This document shows, one piece after another, positions 33,253 through 43,042 of a DNA stretch of 64,000 nt. The number at the start of each line of letters is the position of its first letter. Within the stretch, counting starts at the first letter, position 1. The position numbers and the translations under genes were made by a program. The notes under the pieces are model-generated. The model was not told the DNA's origin. It ran no database searches and saw only the letters and a program-made list of their open reading frames with translations. Source of the DNA: a phage; the sequence record PZ179883.1; one strand, given 5' to 3'.

Positions 33253-33518
33253 TGCTCATCCTTCAAGGTTTGGTTTACAGCTCTATTATAAATCAATTCA
33301 TCATTAAGCTCAGGCAAAGACCTATGATATGTAGTTCTAACTTTATTTCCTTGCATCCAATGCTTGACATAAATGAAACCTTGTTCTACACATTTTTTAA
33401 AAATTCGTTCGTCTTTTTGAGCACGGAATTCTGGATTGCATCTAAAAAATTGATTTACGTGACCGTAATCACGTGTAGTATTACCTTCATTTTCATAAAT
33501 AGTATGAACAACAAACAT
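33249..33518 (-). CDS. hypothetical protein (30.1 position)
   Basis: 89-aa ORF overlapping neighbours. Confidence 0.7.
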   Translation of the reverse strand: MFVVHTIYENEGNTTRDYGHVNQFFRCNPEFRAQKDERIFKKCVEQGFIYVKHWMQGNKVRTTYHRSLPELNDELIYNRAVNQTLKDEQ

Positions 33519-34357
33519 TAGAATGCTCCTTGGAAAATATTATCACCGCTAGTAGGTCTATTATACAAATACTCTATGCCACCAGGTTTAATGTAGTTCC
33601 ATGTCTGAAACGGATGTGTCTGATATGGATGATATAGATGATTATAAGGATTAAATCCAGGCGTTCTCCAGGTAGTGTTCCAAGGAAAAGAATCGTTTTT
33701 AACCATCTTCTCAATTAAATCTTTTATAGCTTTTTCACTATCAAAACTTTCTTTATTTTCCTTTGGTGAAAAAAGCTTATTTTCTACATCATTCCATGTA
33801 TAAACTCGCTGCGCAGTTTTTGGAATATTGTCACGCTCTCCTCGAGCCATCCAATAAACTGGAACATTTAATATTTCACTCGCATGATCGCAGTGATGGG
33901 CGAGATCGTCAATATAACAAATTACGTTATATTTCTCTTTTGCCTTTTTGAACAGCTCTTCTTTTGAAGAATCATGACCACACATCATTACTTCTGAGAA
34001 GGCACCAGGAAAAAGAGCATTCAAATTAAATTGACGATTCAACAGAGCGTCAATAGAATCACCCAATGCGGTAACAGCTACAAAATTATAATCTTCTTTT
34101 AATTTGTTAATTACACACAGGGCATCTTTATATGGAGACAAGTAACGAATAAAATCCGAACGATTGTATTTTTCAATTAACTTGACGCCAAGTTCTTCGT
34201 CACAATTAAAGAGTTTACCTGGAGAAATAAATTTCTCATCTTGGATCATTTTTAAAATATGTTCTAATGGAAGATTATATTTTTGAGCAAAATAAGGAAG
34301 GCCTGATTGCCAGCTTAAACAAACTCCATCAATATCAGTTAAAATAGTTGGCTTCAT
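33518..34357 (-). CDS. HAD-superfamily-like hydrolase (30.2 position)
   Basis: N-terminal LTDIDGV (DxDG motif I) and a later DD motif; 279 aa. Confidence 0.7.
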   Translation of the reverse strand: MKPTILTDIDGVCLSWQSGLPYFAQKYNLPLEHILKMIQDEKFISPGKLFNCDEELGVKLIEKYNRSDFIRYLSPYKDALCVINKLKEDYNFVAVTALGDSIDALLNRQFNLNALFPGAFSEVMMCGHDSSKEELFKKAKEKYNVICYIDDLAHHCDHASEILNVPVYWMARGERDNIPKTAQRVYTWNDVENKLFSPKENKESFDSEKAIKDLIEKMVKNDSFPWNTTWRTPGFNPYNHLYHPYQTHPFQTWNYIKPGGIEYLYNRPTSGDNIFQGAF

Positions 34358-34818
34358 AGAGAGTCTCTTAATAGGTTTAACACATCAATAAATTCAGCTT
34401 CGGTTAGTATTGTATCATCTTTTGTTAGACCACTAGCCATGCTGTGCTTCAAAACTTTTTCTTTCGAGGCTTGTAATGCATCACGAAAGCCCCTGTTTTG
34501 GATCGCTGCTTCAAAATATGCATTTGTGTATAATTCTTTCCACGCTGGAGAGTATCTTGAAAATGGAACTCCAAGCCAGAACAACGTGCCACGGTCCTGA
34601 GCTCTAGCATAAGATCTTCCAGCTTGTCGGGCGGCAAGCCCGGATAACCCAAATATACGTCTTTGCTGTTCAACATTTTTCACCTTACATCCTTGGAGGA
34701 ATCCTTCGAGACCTCCAAATTGAATACCGTCCATAACAAAAGGCCATTGAGCGAAATTACTTAATGCACATGATGGCCATCTAAAATTGCTTCTTATCTC
34801 TAGCTCAGACATTTTCAA
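34354..34818 (-). CDS. NADAR/YbiA-like (DUF1768-type) protein (30.3 position)
   Basis: LSNF...DG...E...Q...K pattern typical of YbiA/NADAR fold; 154 aa. Confidence 0.65.
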   Translation of the reverse strand: MKMSELEIRSNFRWPSCALSNFAQWPFVMDGIQFGGLEGFLQGCKVKNVEQQRRIFGLSGLAARQAGRSYARAQDRGTLFWLGVPFSRYSPAWKELYTNAYFEAAIQNRGFRDALQASKEKVLKHSMASGLTKDDTILTEAEFIDVLNLLRDSL

Positions 34819-35011
34819 TACTTATAATTTCAACATCAGCCCAATGACCATAGCAAGGAAGACGAAATTCAACTGGCCAGTTAGGGTCCTTTTCTAATAT
34901 AATAGACTCAACTTGTGGTTCTTCATGTTCATCAGTATATGGATTTTTATCTGTTACTTTATATGTGACCTTAATGTACTGAATTCCAAAAATCTTATTA
35001 ATTATATTCAT
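34805..35011 (-). CDS. hypothetical protein (30.x)
   Basis: 68-aa ORF in operon context. Confidence 0.55.
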   Translation of the reverse strand: MNIINKIFGIQYIKVTYKVTDKNPYTDEHEEPQVESIILEKDPNWPVEFRLPCYGHWADVEIISIENV

Positions 35012-35205
35012 ACTAATTCCTTTAATCCGTAAATAGGAGATAATTCATCACCCATACGAAGGTCTTCATTTCCATCTAACCAGGAAACAATATAAGCCTC
35101 TTTTATTTGAATACCACTCCATTTAAATGGAGGTAGAACCTTAGAAATTAATCCAGGTATACCAACTCCCTTTAATTCAACAGTTTGACCTAAAAAGAAT
35201 TTCAT
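35008..35205 (-). CDS. hypothetical protein (30.x)
   Basis: 65-aa ORF, ATGA overlaps on both sides. Confidence 0.55.
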   Translation of the reverse strand: MKFFLGQTVELKGVGIPGLISKVLPPFKWSGIQIKEAYIVSWLDGNEDLRMGDELSPIYGLKELV

Positions 35206-35492
35206 TAGAACCTCATCTGAAAGCCGTGCGATTTAACATTACCGCCGCCAATATCAGAAATATTAATTTCACGCGCAATTGAAGGGTCAATGTCAATTTC
35301 ACGATTAAGTTTAGTGATAGCTAAAGTATCACGCCCATTTACAGTACGGAACTCTAAAGGGCAGACTACATTAACATAGTTTTTAATCGATTCACTAGTA
35401 GGCTGCAAATGAGCAGGAAGGTCTTTAGGCGCCTTAGAGAAAACCACTTCACAGAAATTTTTGCGGGTATCAAAATAAGTAGTCATAAACAT
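35205..35492 (-). CDS. hypothetical protein (30.x)
   Basis: 95-aa ORF. Confidence 0.6.
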   Translation of the reverse strand: MFMTTYFDTRKNFCEVVFSKAPKDLPAHLQPTSESIKNYVNVVCPLEFRTVNGRDTLAITKLNREIDIDPSIAREINISDIGGGNVKSHGFQMRF

Positions 35493-35518
35493 AGTATTTT
35501 CCTCAGTAAGGGGCCGAA

Positions 35519-35532
35519 GCCCCTCATTTTAT
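35519..35532 (-). terminator. GGGGCUUCGGCCCC hairpin immediately after the upstream ORF stop
   Basis: UUCG-loop hairpin, no U-run; stability or processing element likely. Confidence 0.4.
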
Positions 35533-35533
35533 T

Positions 35534-35899
35534 TTAAATATCAAATTCGTTAAGAACTACATCAAAGATTGCTTCAAGATGCTCAGGTTTAGCTCTGTTA
35601 CTCAGAATATGACGAATCCAAGTTTTAACCAGAAGCTTGCGATTAACACCATTCCAGCAAGGATGAGTCCCTAAATCGCGTTGACGAAAATCATCATCTA
35701 AAGCGATTTTGAAGTTGGAACCTTCCATTGTGATTGAAACCGTGATGCCATTTTCAAATCGTATATAAACGTAGTTAGGAGTCATATACTGTTCAATTTC
35801 GCATACTGATCCATTTTGATGTTTCCAAAGGCAGATAGTATCAATAGAACCTGCAATACCGTTAGAAACATATTTACGTTCAAAGTTGATGTAGTTCAT
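35534..35899 (-). CDS. hypothetical protein (30.x)
   Basis: 121-aa ORF with GGAG RBS. Confidence 0.65.
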   Translation of the reverse strand: MNYINFERKYVSNGIAGSIDTICLWKHQNGSVCEIEQYMTPNYVYIRFENGITVSITMEGSNFKIALDDDFRQRDLGTHPCWNGVNRKLLVKTWIRHILSNRAKPEHLEAIFDVVLNEFDI

Positions 35900-35925
35900 T
35901 TTTATTCTCCGAGATGTTTAATTGC

Positions 35926-35965
35926 GGTACAGGTATATAATATCATATCCTGTACCAAAGTAAAC
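35926..35965 (-). promoter_or_regulatory. early promoter with dyad symmetry (family B, copy 1)
   Basis: Minus strand GTTTAC-17 nt-TATTAT; 8-bp inverted repeat GGTACAGG/CCTGTACC encloses -10. Confidence 0.55.
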
Positions 35966-35967
35966 AA

Positions 35968-36300
35968 TTATTTTACTACTTTCCAGTGCTGCATGTCAAG
36001 TTTGCCAACTTTTTTCATCTTCTCAATTAAGCGTTCTGCACGTTGGCGAGCTGTAACATAATACCATTCACCTAATTCATTTTGTTCAATTTTTCCAACG
36101 ATTACTGTATTCAATTCATAAATCCAACCAGTAAAGAAATTATGAACTTGAATTGTAAAGGTGAAATCTGTTCCCATACCTTCTGTTGTTTCTACTTCAA
36201 TAATATCACCTTCAACTGCCATTAAGAACCACATAGTTTCATCATATTTACCATTGAAACATTTAGTTTTAATTGTAGCGTTCAGATTAATCGTTTTCAT
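35968..36300 (-). CDS. hypothetical protein (30.x)
   Basis: 110-aa ORF. Confidence 0.65.
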   Translation of the reverse strand: MKTINLNATIKTKCFNGKYDETMWFLMAVEGDIIEVETTEGMGTDFTFTIQVHNFFTGWIYELNTVIVGKIEQNELGEWYYVTARQRAERLIEKMKKVGKLDMQHWKVVK

Positions 36301-36373
36301 TTTATTCTCCTTTGTTTGTGTAAGATAATACTATCACAAAGGAACCACACTGTAAACAACTTTGTGCAATCTT

Positions 36374-36405
36374 TGGAAAATAAAAAAGGACTCCCGAAGG
36401 AGTCC
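36374..36405 (-). terminator. rho-independent terminator (minus strand)
   Basis: AGGACUCC-UUCG-GGAGUCCU hairpin followed by UUUUUUAUUUU. Confidence 0.8.
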
Positions 36406-36410
36406 TCAAC

Positions 36411-36629
36411 TTATGCTTTCTGCTTACCAAAACGAGAAGCATCATCTCGAAGAACCGCACGTGCTCGGCGCATGATCTTCTCAACAGTTTGATTGATACG
36501 AGAGTTCGACCCACGCTTGTAGCCAGCGCGTTTAGAATCACCAACTTTCTTTTCAACTGCTTTCTTTGCTTTAGCTTGTTTTGCCATTATAAATTCTCTT
36601 TTAAATGAAAATGCAGGACTTATTGGCAT
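36411..36629 (-). CDS. small basic protein (30.9 position); start uncertain
   Basis: 72-aa ORF, Lys/Arg-rich; alternative start MAKQAK at 36587. Confidence 0.55.
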   Translation of the reverse strand: MPISPAFSFKREFIMAKQAKAKKAVEKKVGDSKRAGYKRGSNSRINQTVEKIMRRARAVLRDDASRFGKQKA

Positions 36630-36707
36630 TGCCTGCGCAAGCCCTCAAGGGGAACATAGGTTTTTGAATATTTAACGACCAGGATAACCATAAACCCGTC
36701 ATCATAC

Positions 36708-36956
36708 TTACTTCAGTGTTACCACAAAGTGACGAACTGCTTTTCGTGCGGCAGAAGCCAAAGGCTTAGCATATTTAAGTTCATCTTTTTCCTGAAGCTC
36801 AGCAGCTAATGCAGTTTGAGCAGGATTCAGATGTTTGAAATAACGCAGGATTTCAAGAGCTTCGGCTTCAACATCAATAGATGCGCCATAGTTTTCGTGA
36901 CCATTATTCCATGCGTTTCGTTGCAGTTCAAGAGCGTGTTGTAATTGTTTAATCAT
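36708..36956 (-). CDS. rIII: rIII lysis-inhibition accessory protein
   Basis: 82 aa, matches T4 rIII. Confidence 0.93.
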   Translation of the reverse strand: MIKQLQHALELQRNAWNNGHENYGASIDVEAEALEILRYFKHLNPAQTALAAELQEKDELKYAKPLASAARKAVRHFVVTLK

Positions 36957-37103
36957 TTAAAAATTCTCGTTAGAGATTAAAACTCGGTAGTCACGTTCTT
37001 CTGAATTTCATCTTCTTTCGACAGATCTCTCAGTTGTAGACTACCACGTAGAATTGTTCGGTTAACTTATTATTCCGACACCCAATTCATATTATTATTT
37101 ATA

Positions 37104-37439
37104 TCACTTATAAAGACACGGAATAGCTTTATAGTGACAGGTAACGAATTTTTGTTTAATTTCTTTTGGCTGCTTAAGTCCCAGAGCTACAAAAGGATGC
37201 GGAACGTTTCGAATTTGACCAACTGGAAGAGAAGTCAAATCACCAACTTCGCAGAAACCTTCAGGAACATCAGGACCAACGGAGTGAACTACACACAGTT
37301 CAGGAACTTCACCTTGAACACGTTTACCGATAATAAGTCCTGATTCTGTAACTTCTTCATCACCGGCTTGCGCAGGTTCAGAAACTAAAATAACGTATTC
37401 ACCGACAGCACGAATTGGTAGCTGTTGTACTTCAGACAT
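37104..37439 (-). CDS. 31: gp31 co-chaperonin (GroES analogue)
   Basis: 111 aa, matches T4 gp31. Confidence 0.96.
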
Positions 37440-37454
37440 CGTTTTTCCTTTTTG

Positions 37455-37487
37455 TTAACAGATGAATTAATAATAACAAATAATTCT
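37455..37487 (-). promoter_or_regulatory. MotA-dependent middle promoter of gene 31
   Basis: Minus strand AAATGCTTTA MotA box then about 12 nt then TATTAT. Confidence 0.6.
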
Positions 37488-37495
37488 TAAAGCAT

Positions 37496-37804
37496 TTATT
37501 TACCAATAAATTGAAGCAAATGCTCAACTTTCATACCATTAACGGAAATCAATTTGTCAATAGAAAAACCTCGCCATGCACCAAGCTCAACATCAAATAC
37601 TGGAATCATATCAGTAGATTCTTTCCGAGTAGATTCAGTCAATTTACCGGTTTGCATGGTTGGCATAAAATCGGCATCACGAGTACCTTTCATAGTACGA
37701 ATAGTACCATCAGACTTTTCAAAAACTATGTTTGAAACCCCCATGGACAATTTAGTTTTCAAAATTTCACGAATTGCTACTTTTTGTTCAGTTGTCAGTT
37801 TCAT
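37496..37804 (-). CDS. hypothetical protein (31.1 position)
   Basis: 102-aa ORF. Confidence 0.7.
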   Translation of the reverse strand: MKLTTEQKVAIREILKTKLSMGVSNIVFEKSDGTIRTMKGTRDADFMPTMQTGKLTESTRKESTDMIPVFDVELGAWRGFSIDKLISVNGMKVEHLLQFIGK

Positions 37805-38041
37805 TTATTTACCTATTACAGTTTTAATATGGGTTGTTCCACGTTCTTTAAGAGTGGAAAGCAATTTTTGGCATTTTTCTAAATCAGATTTCCAACTATA
37901 CGGCCTATCAATACTAGTCCAATCAGTTTTATAATACTGTTTCCATTTAGAGAAAAAATACTTCTTATACTCTACAGCAAATGAAATGTTCTCATTAGAA
38001 TAAGAACTAATTGCTGTGAGCTGTACCAAACGAAATTTCAT
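37805..38041 (-). CDS. hypothetical protein (31.2 position)
   Basis: 78-aa ORF. Confidence 0.65.
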   Translation of the reverse strand: MKFRLVQLTAISSYSNENISFAVEYKKYFFSKWKQYYKTDWTSIDRPYSWKSDLEKCQKLLSTLKERGTTHIKTVIGK

Positions 38042-38622
38042 TATTCACCACAGAATTCGTTGATATTTTCCCAGTTTAACTTATTTAAGTTTTTCTTAGG
38101 AACATTAAACACTTCAATACCTGCATTTCGCAGAATATCATCCCAGCCAGGTTTATTTTTATCGTATGTTTCGCAATAAACCAGCTTTTTAATACCAGAT
38201 TGAGCTATCGCTTTTGCACAATCTGGGCAAGGAGAAAGTGTTACATACATAGTAGCACCTTCAATTGAAGAACCGTTTCGTGCAGCAAACAAAATCGCAT
38301 TTAGTTCAGCATGAATTTCATTTTTAGACGACCATTCAGAGTGCGCGCTACGGTGTTCTTTCGCCAAGACAAAACGATCAGTTGAACCAAATGATACACA
38401 TTCAGGCTTATGACCTTGAATGATAGTATGTTTAGGCTTATTCAACAACCAGCCTTGTTCAGCAGCATAATCGCAGCAATTCACACCACCAGCAGGTGAA
38501 CCATTATATCCGGTAGAAATAATGCGTCCGTTCTTTTCAATTACTGCTCCTACCTTCCAGGAGCAACATTTTGATTCTTGTGATACTAAATATGCAATTT
38601 GAAGTACTGTACTCGCTTTCAT
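38041..38622 (-). CDS. cd: dCMP deaminase
   Basis: 193 aa; HAE...PCxxC zinc-deaminase motifs; matches T4 Cd. Confidence 0.96.
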   Translation of the reverse strand: MKASTVLQIAYLVSQESKCCSWKVGAVIEKNGRIISTGYNGSPAGGVNCCDYAAEQGWLLNKPKHTIIQGHKPECVSFGSTDRFVLAKEHRSAHSEWSSKNEIHAELNAILFAARNGSSIEGATMYVTLSPCPDCAKAIAQSGIKKLVYCETYDKNKPGWDDILRNAGIEVFNVPKKNLNKLNWENINEFCGE

Positions 38623-38957
38623 TTCATAATCACCAGATAAGCAGATTTAGCAGTTTCAACACGATAAATTTCGTGACGAAGTTTAGTTATACTTTTAATA
38701 ACAGAACTAATTATATTCTGCCCATCTTTAAAGCGGTTTTTCTTATCAATAAAAATTACGCCAACCATCTTTTTGTGAAGCTCAACTGGATACTTCGTCA
38801 CAATAATAGCATCATACACAGAAGGATGAATACTATTCACTAGAGTGTCATTCATTAAAGTTATTCTAATGAACTGTGCTGTTTCAGAATCAAGCGCTCT
38901 ATGATCGCCAGTATCATTTTCAAGACAATTATCAATTATATCAGTTAAATTCATCAT
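38619..38957 (-). CDS. hypothetical protein (cd.x)
   Basis: 112-aa ORF. Confidence 0.65.
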   Translation of the reverse strand: MMNLTDIIDNCLENDTGDHRALDSETAQFIRITLMNDTLVNSIHPSVYDAIIVTKYPVELHKKMVGVIFIDKKNRFKDGQNIISSVIKSITKLRHEIYRVETAKSAYLVIMK

Positions 38958-39190
38958 AGTACGCCATACACCCTTTGTGCTTCAACTAATCCATCAAAAT
39001 CCAGTTTAAGATGTGTTATTTGGTCACCATCACCTGGATTCACAATTACTAATACTGAACGAGGAGTTTCGGTAATAACACGAACCGACGTTTCAGGAAA
39101 TCGTTCAGAAACCTTATTTACCAATTCTTGAGCAAATAGTTTAACTTTTTCTTGGAATTCTTTAACAGTAATTGGTTTTTCGCTTAGCAT
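38954..39190 (-). CDS. hypothetical protein (cd.x)
   Basis: 78-aa ORF. Confidence 0.6.
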   Translation of the reverse strand: MLSEKPITVKEFQEKVKLFAQELVNKVSERFPETSVRVITETPRSVLVIVNPGDGDQITHLKLDFDGLVEAQRVYGVL

Positions 39191-39711
39191 GTTGATCCTA
39201 GCTCCTTACTTTCAACGTTTTTAACTAATTTGACAGAAACTAATTCAGCATCTTGGGTAATCATTACCGGGCCTTCTTCATACTCTTCAAGATATTCTAG
39301 AGCTTTCTTTTTAGCTTCTTCCTTCGTATCAGTTTGAGCATAGATATAAAACATACAACCAGTAATACCTACTACTTTCCACTTAATTTCTTTATCAGTT
39401 TTAATTTCAAATTTACTGATAGAGTCATCTTTTTGAACTTCTTCGAAAAAATAATATTCTGACATATAAGTAATTGAAAATAGCGGGCTATCTTTATAAG
39501 ATTCGCCCATTACATCAACAGCTTTATACCAGCAATCGTCAATTTCGCGTTTAATGCTAATAACATTTTTCGCAGGATCTATTTTTACTTTAAATGAATT
39601 TTCCCCAATAAACTGAGCAATTCGTTTATTAGCCCCGCAAGTTTCATTAAAAATATCTTTATATCCAGCTTTAAAGCGATAAACCTTATCTTCTTCAAAC
39701 CATTCGCTCAT
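39184..39711 (-). CDS. hypothetical protein (cd.x)
   Basis: 175-aa ORF with GAGG RBS. Confidence 0.7.
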   Translation of the reverse strand: MSEWFEEDKVYRFKAGYKDIFNETCGANKRIAQFIGENSFKVKIDPAKNVISIKREIDDCWYKAVDVMGESYKDSPLFSITYMSEYYFFEEVQKDDSISKFEIKTDKEIKWKVVGITGCMFYIYAQTDTKEEAKKKALEYLEEYEEGPVMITQDAELVSVKLVKNVESKELGSTC

Positions 39712-39735
39712 TTCAATTTCCTCATTTGTTTTGGT

Positions 39736-39774
39736 AGAGCTATAATATCACAACTCTACCGTAAAGTAAACTAT
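39736..39774 (-). promoter_or_regulatory. early promoter with dyad symmetry (family B, copy 2)
   Basis: Minus strand GTTTAC-18 nt-TATTAT; inverted repeat GGTAGAG/CTCTACC encloses -10; loop shares TGATATTATA with copy 1. Confidence 0.55.
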
Positions 39775-40049
39775 TAAATTGCTTTGAATTCTGATGTCTG
39801 TGATTCAAAACGAATATCGCCTTTGATGACTAGCTCAGCATCAAGACCGAATACGACAATGATATGCGCGGAACCTGGATACAGCGTAATGGCGATAGAA
39901 TCAACCTGGTCTGGAAGCAAAGTGTTCAATACATGAGTCACTTGAGCATGAATTCGAAGCTCAGCTGCATTATCAAGCTTTTCAAACATGTTATTAGCGA
40001 TAATTTGACTAAACACTACTTCTACGATTTTAGAATAAGTCGGAAACAT
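39774..40049 (-). CDS. hypothetical protein (cd.x)
   Basis: 91-aa ORF. Confidence 0.6.
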   Translation of the reverse strand: MFPTYSKIVEVVFSQIIANNMFEKLDNAAELRIHAQVTHVLNTLLPDQVDSIAITLYPGSAHIIVVFGLDAELVIKGDIRFESQTSEFKAI

Positions 40050-40051
40050 AT

Positions 40052-40252
40052 TTACCTCACATAATTTTCTTCAAGCCAATCAATAACATCCAACGCATTA
40101 TCAAAAGTTGAACCATCTACTTTGTCTTCTGTTTCATAATCAAGAACATCTAAACCCACTCTTCCATCAACAATAGGCCATAAACAAAATAGATATTTCT
40201 TTTCTTTTTCAATTTTATCACAAAGTCGATAAATCTTTTCTATGTTATTCAT
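40052..40252 (-). CDS. hypothetical protein (cd.x)
   Basis: 66-aa ORF. Confidence 0.55.
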   Translation of the reverse strand: MNNIEKIYRLCDKIEKEKKYLFCLWPIVDGRVGLDVLDYETEDKVDGSTFDNALDVIDWLEENYVR

Positions 40253-40441
40253 AAGTTTTCCATGGTAAAGGCAGTTTAGTTTTCTTTACTGTTAGTTCAA
40301 CATCAGGATTCTTTTCTCTTAATTTAAGACATTCCTCCCAAGCCCTAATTTCACTAGTGAATACACAAAATTGCCCATTACTAGTACCAACTAAACCGCT
40401 ATTTACAATAACAATAGCCCAAGTTTCATGATGCAAAGCCA

Positions 40442-40442
<1 letters not shown>
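40245..40442 (-). CDS. hypothetical protein upstream of pseT
   Basis: 65-aa ORF overlapping neighbours. Confidence 0.55.
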
Positions 40443-41663
<1,221 letters not shown>

Positions 41664-41667
<4 letters not shown>

Positions 41668-41894
41668 TTATTTTTCTCAACCAATGATTGAATATAATCA
41701 TGCAGATCTTTAGATGCTTTACCCCATTTATTTTGGTATTCATTTTTAAGATTAGCCCGAGATTGAGCTAATAAAACATCATTAGTTGGAGGTAAAGATT
41801 CTAATCGTTGAATCTGACGTCCATAAATCATTGCAGCCATCTCTGATTCATAAATCAATCCTTTGAGATGTTCAAATTGATGCCATGAAATCAT
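41664..41894 (-). CDS. hypothetical protein (pseT.x)
   Basis: 76-aa ORF. Confidence 0.6.
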
Positions 41895-42190
41895 TTACAT
41901 TTATCCTCTTTTAGCTCTTGACGATAATAACATATCATAGTTTTTTGGTCATGTACATATCGTTTTACATCATTAAGCCAAATACGAAATTCCTGGGAAT
42001 CTTCAAATGGCATACCGACCCAAGCTTTACCATCAATAACTTTAACTTGCCAAGATAGTTTAGCTTCATCATATGACTTTATTTGCACAGGCCAATTAGG
42101 ATGAACTGTTTCTTTCTTTACTTCTAGAGGCTTTGTCGAACAACCAACTAGAAGACCAATAGATAATATTACTGCTGATAGTTTAATCAT
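41891..42190 (-). CDS. outer-membrane lipoprotein, o-spanin candidate (Rz1 equivalent)
   Basis: Signal peptide with lipobox LLVGC; 99 aa; directly downstream of and overlapping the i-spanin candidate. Confidence 0.7.
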   Translation of the reverse strand: MIKLSAVILSIGLLVGCSTKPLEVKKETVHPNWPVQIKSYDEAKLSWQVKVIDGKAWVGMPFEDSQEFRIWLNDVKRYVHDQKTMICYYRQELKEDKCK

Positions 42191-42540
42191 TTAGAAAGGT
42201 CCTGGATGTCTTCTGCGAACTTGTTGAAGGAGTTATTGATTTGTTTTTCAACCAATCCTGGCTTATGAGCCACCACATCCGCCTTCTTTGCATCTTTGCG
42301 CAGTTTTTCATTTTCACGCTCAATAGCAGCAATTGCCTCACGATTTTTATTATTCATCGCATCAATATAATTATACTGAATTCGCAAATTATCTAATGCT
42401 AAAGCGTTTTCATTGGCCGTTTTTGTAATTTCAGTAACCGATGTTTCTAATCTTTCTACCTTATTTTTTAAAATAATAGATGTTCCGCCAAATGCTATTA
42501 CAAGTAATAGCAATCCAGCTGTAAAATTACTTACATGCAT
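42187..42540 (-). CDS. i-spanin candidate (Rz equivalent): N-terminal TM helix plus coiled-coil
   Basis: Hydrophobic segment AGLLLLVIAFGG near N-terminus then charged helical region; 117 aa. Confidence 0.7.
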   Translation of the reverse strand: MHVSNFTAGLLLLVIAFGGTSIILKNKVERLETSVTEITKTANENALALDNLRIQYNYIDAMNNKNREAIAAIERENEKLRKDAKKADVVAHKPGLVEKQINNSFNKFAEDIQDLSK

Positions 42541-43034
42541 AAAGTTTTAATAACCTCTACAATATCGTCTTGAGAAAGACCGTTAATTAAAATATGATGT
42601 TCAGCTGGAGATTTAGAAATTTTAAAGCATGCCTCAACATCTTCTGCCATATCCGATGCGCTACGATTTGGATTGCTAATTCCAAGACGATGTTTTCCCG
42701 TCAAAGGATTAACGATGATGTAGCATTTACAGCTATTAATGTGAACATTAGGTTGAGTCTGATTAATGAATACTTCGCAATCATATTTCGCAAGCTGATT
42801 TTCTAAAAAGACTTTCATCTCCTCAACCGCATCAGGAAGCATATCACGGGCTTGCTCAAGACGACGATTTCGATATTCTTTAATGGTCGTTTTCCGCTTG
42901 ACTTGCTTAGCTAAATCTTTCTTAAGATCGGTGATATATCCAACTCGACGATTTCCTTTAAATACAGAAATCCCATCTGTAGTATCACCATATGCTTCAA
43001 CGACCATTTCAGTAGTAATAAGCTGTAAATCCAT
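42531..43034 (-). CDS. alc: Alc, inhibitor of host transcription elongation
   Basis: 167 aa from MDLQLITTE; matches T4 Alc. Confidence 0.93.
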   Translation of the reverse strand: MDLQLITTEMVVEAYGDTTDGISVFKGNRRVGYITDLKKDLAKQVKRKTTIKEYRNRRLEQARDMLPDAVEEMKVFLENQLAKYDCEVFINQTQPNVHINSCKCYIIVNPLTGKHRLGISNPNRSASDMAEDVEACFKISKSPAEHHILINGLSQDDIVEVIKTLCM

Positions 43035-43042
43035 CATAAAGC

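Noticed and set aside
36302-36556. 84-aa minus-strand ORF overlapping the 30.9-position ORF in another frame
   Set aside because: It spans a terminator hairpin and overlaps a better-supported basic-protein ORF; no independent start signal.
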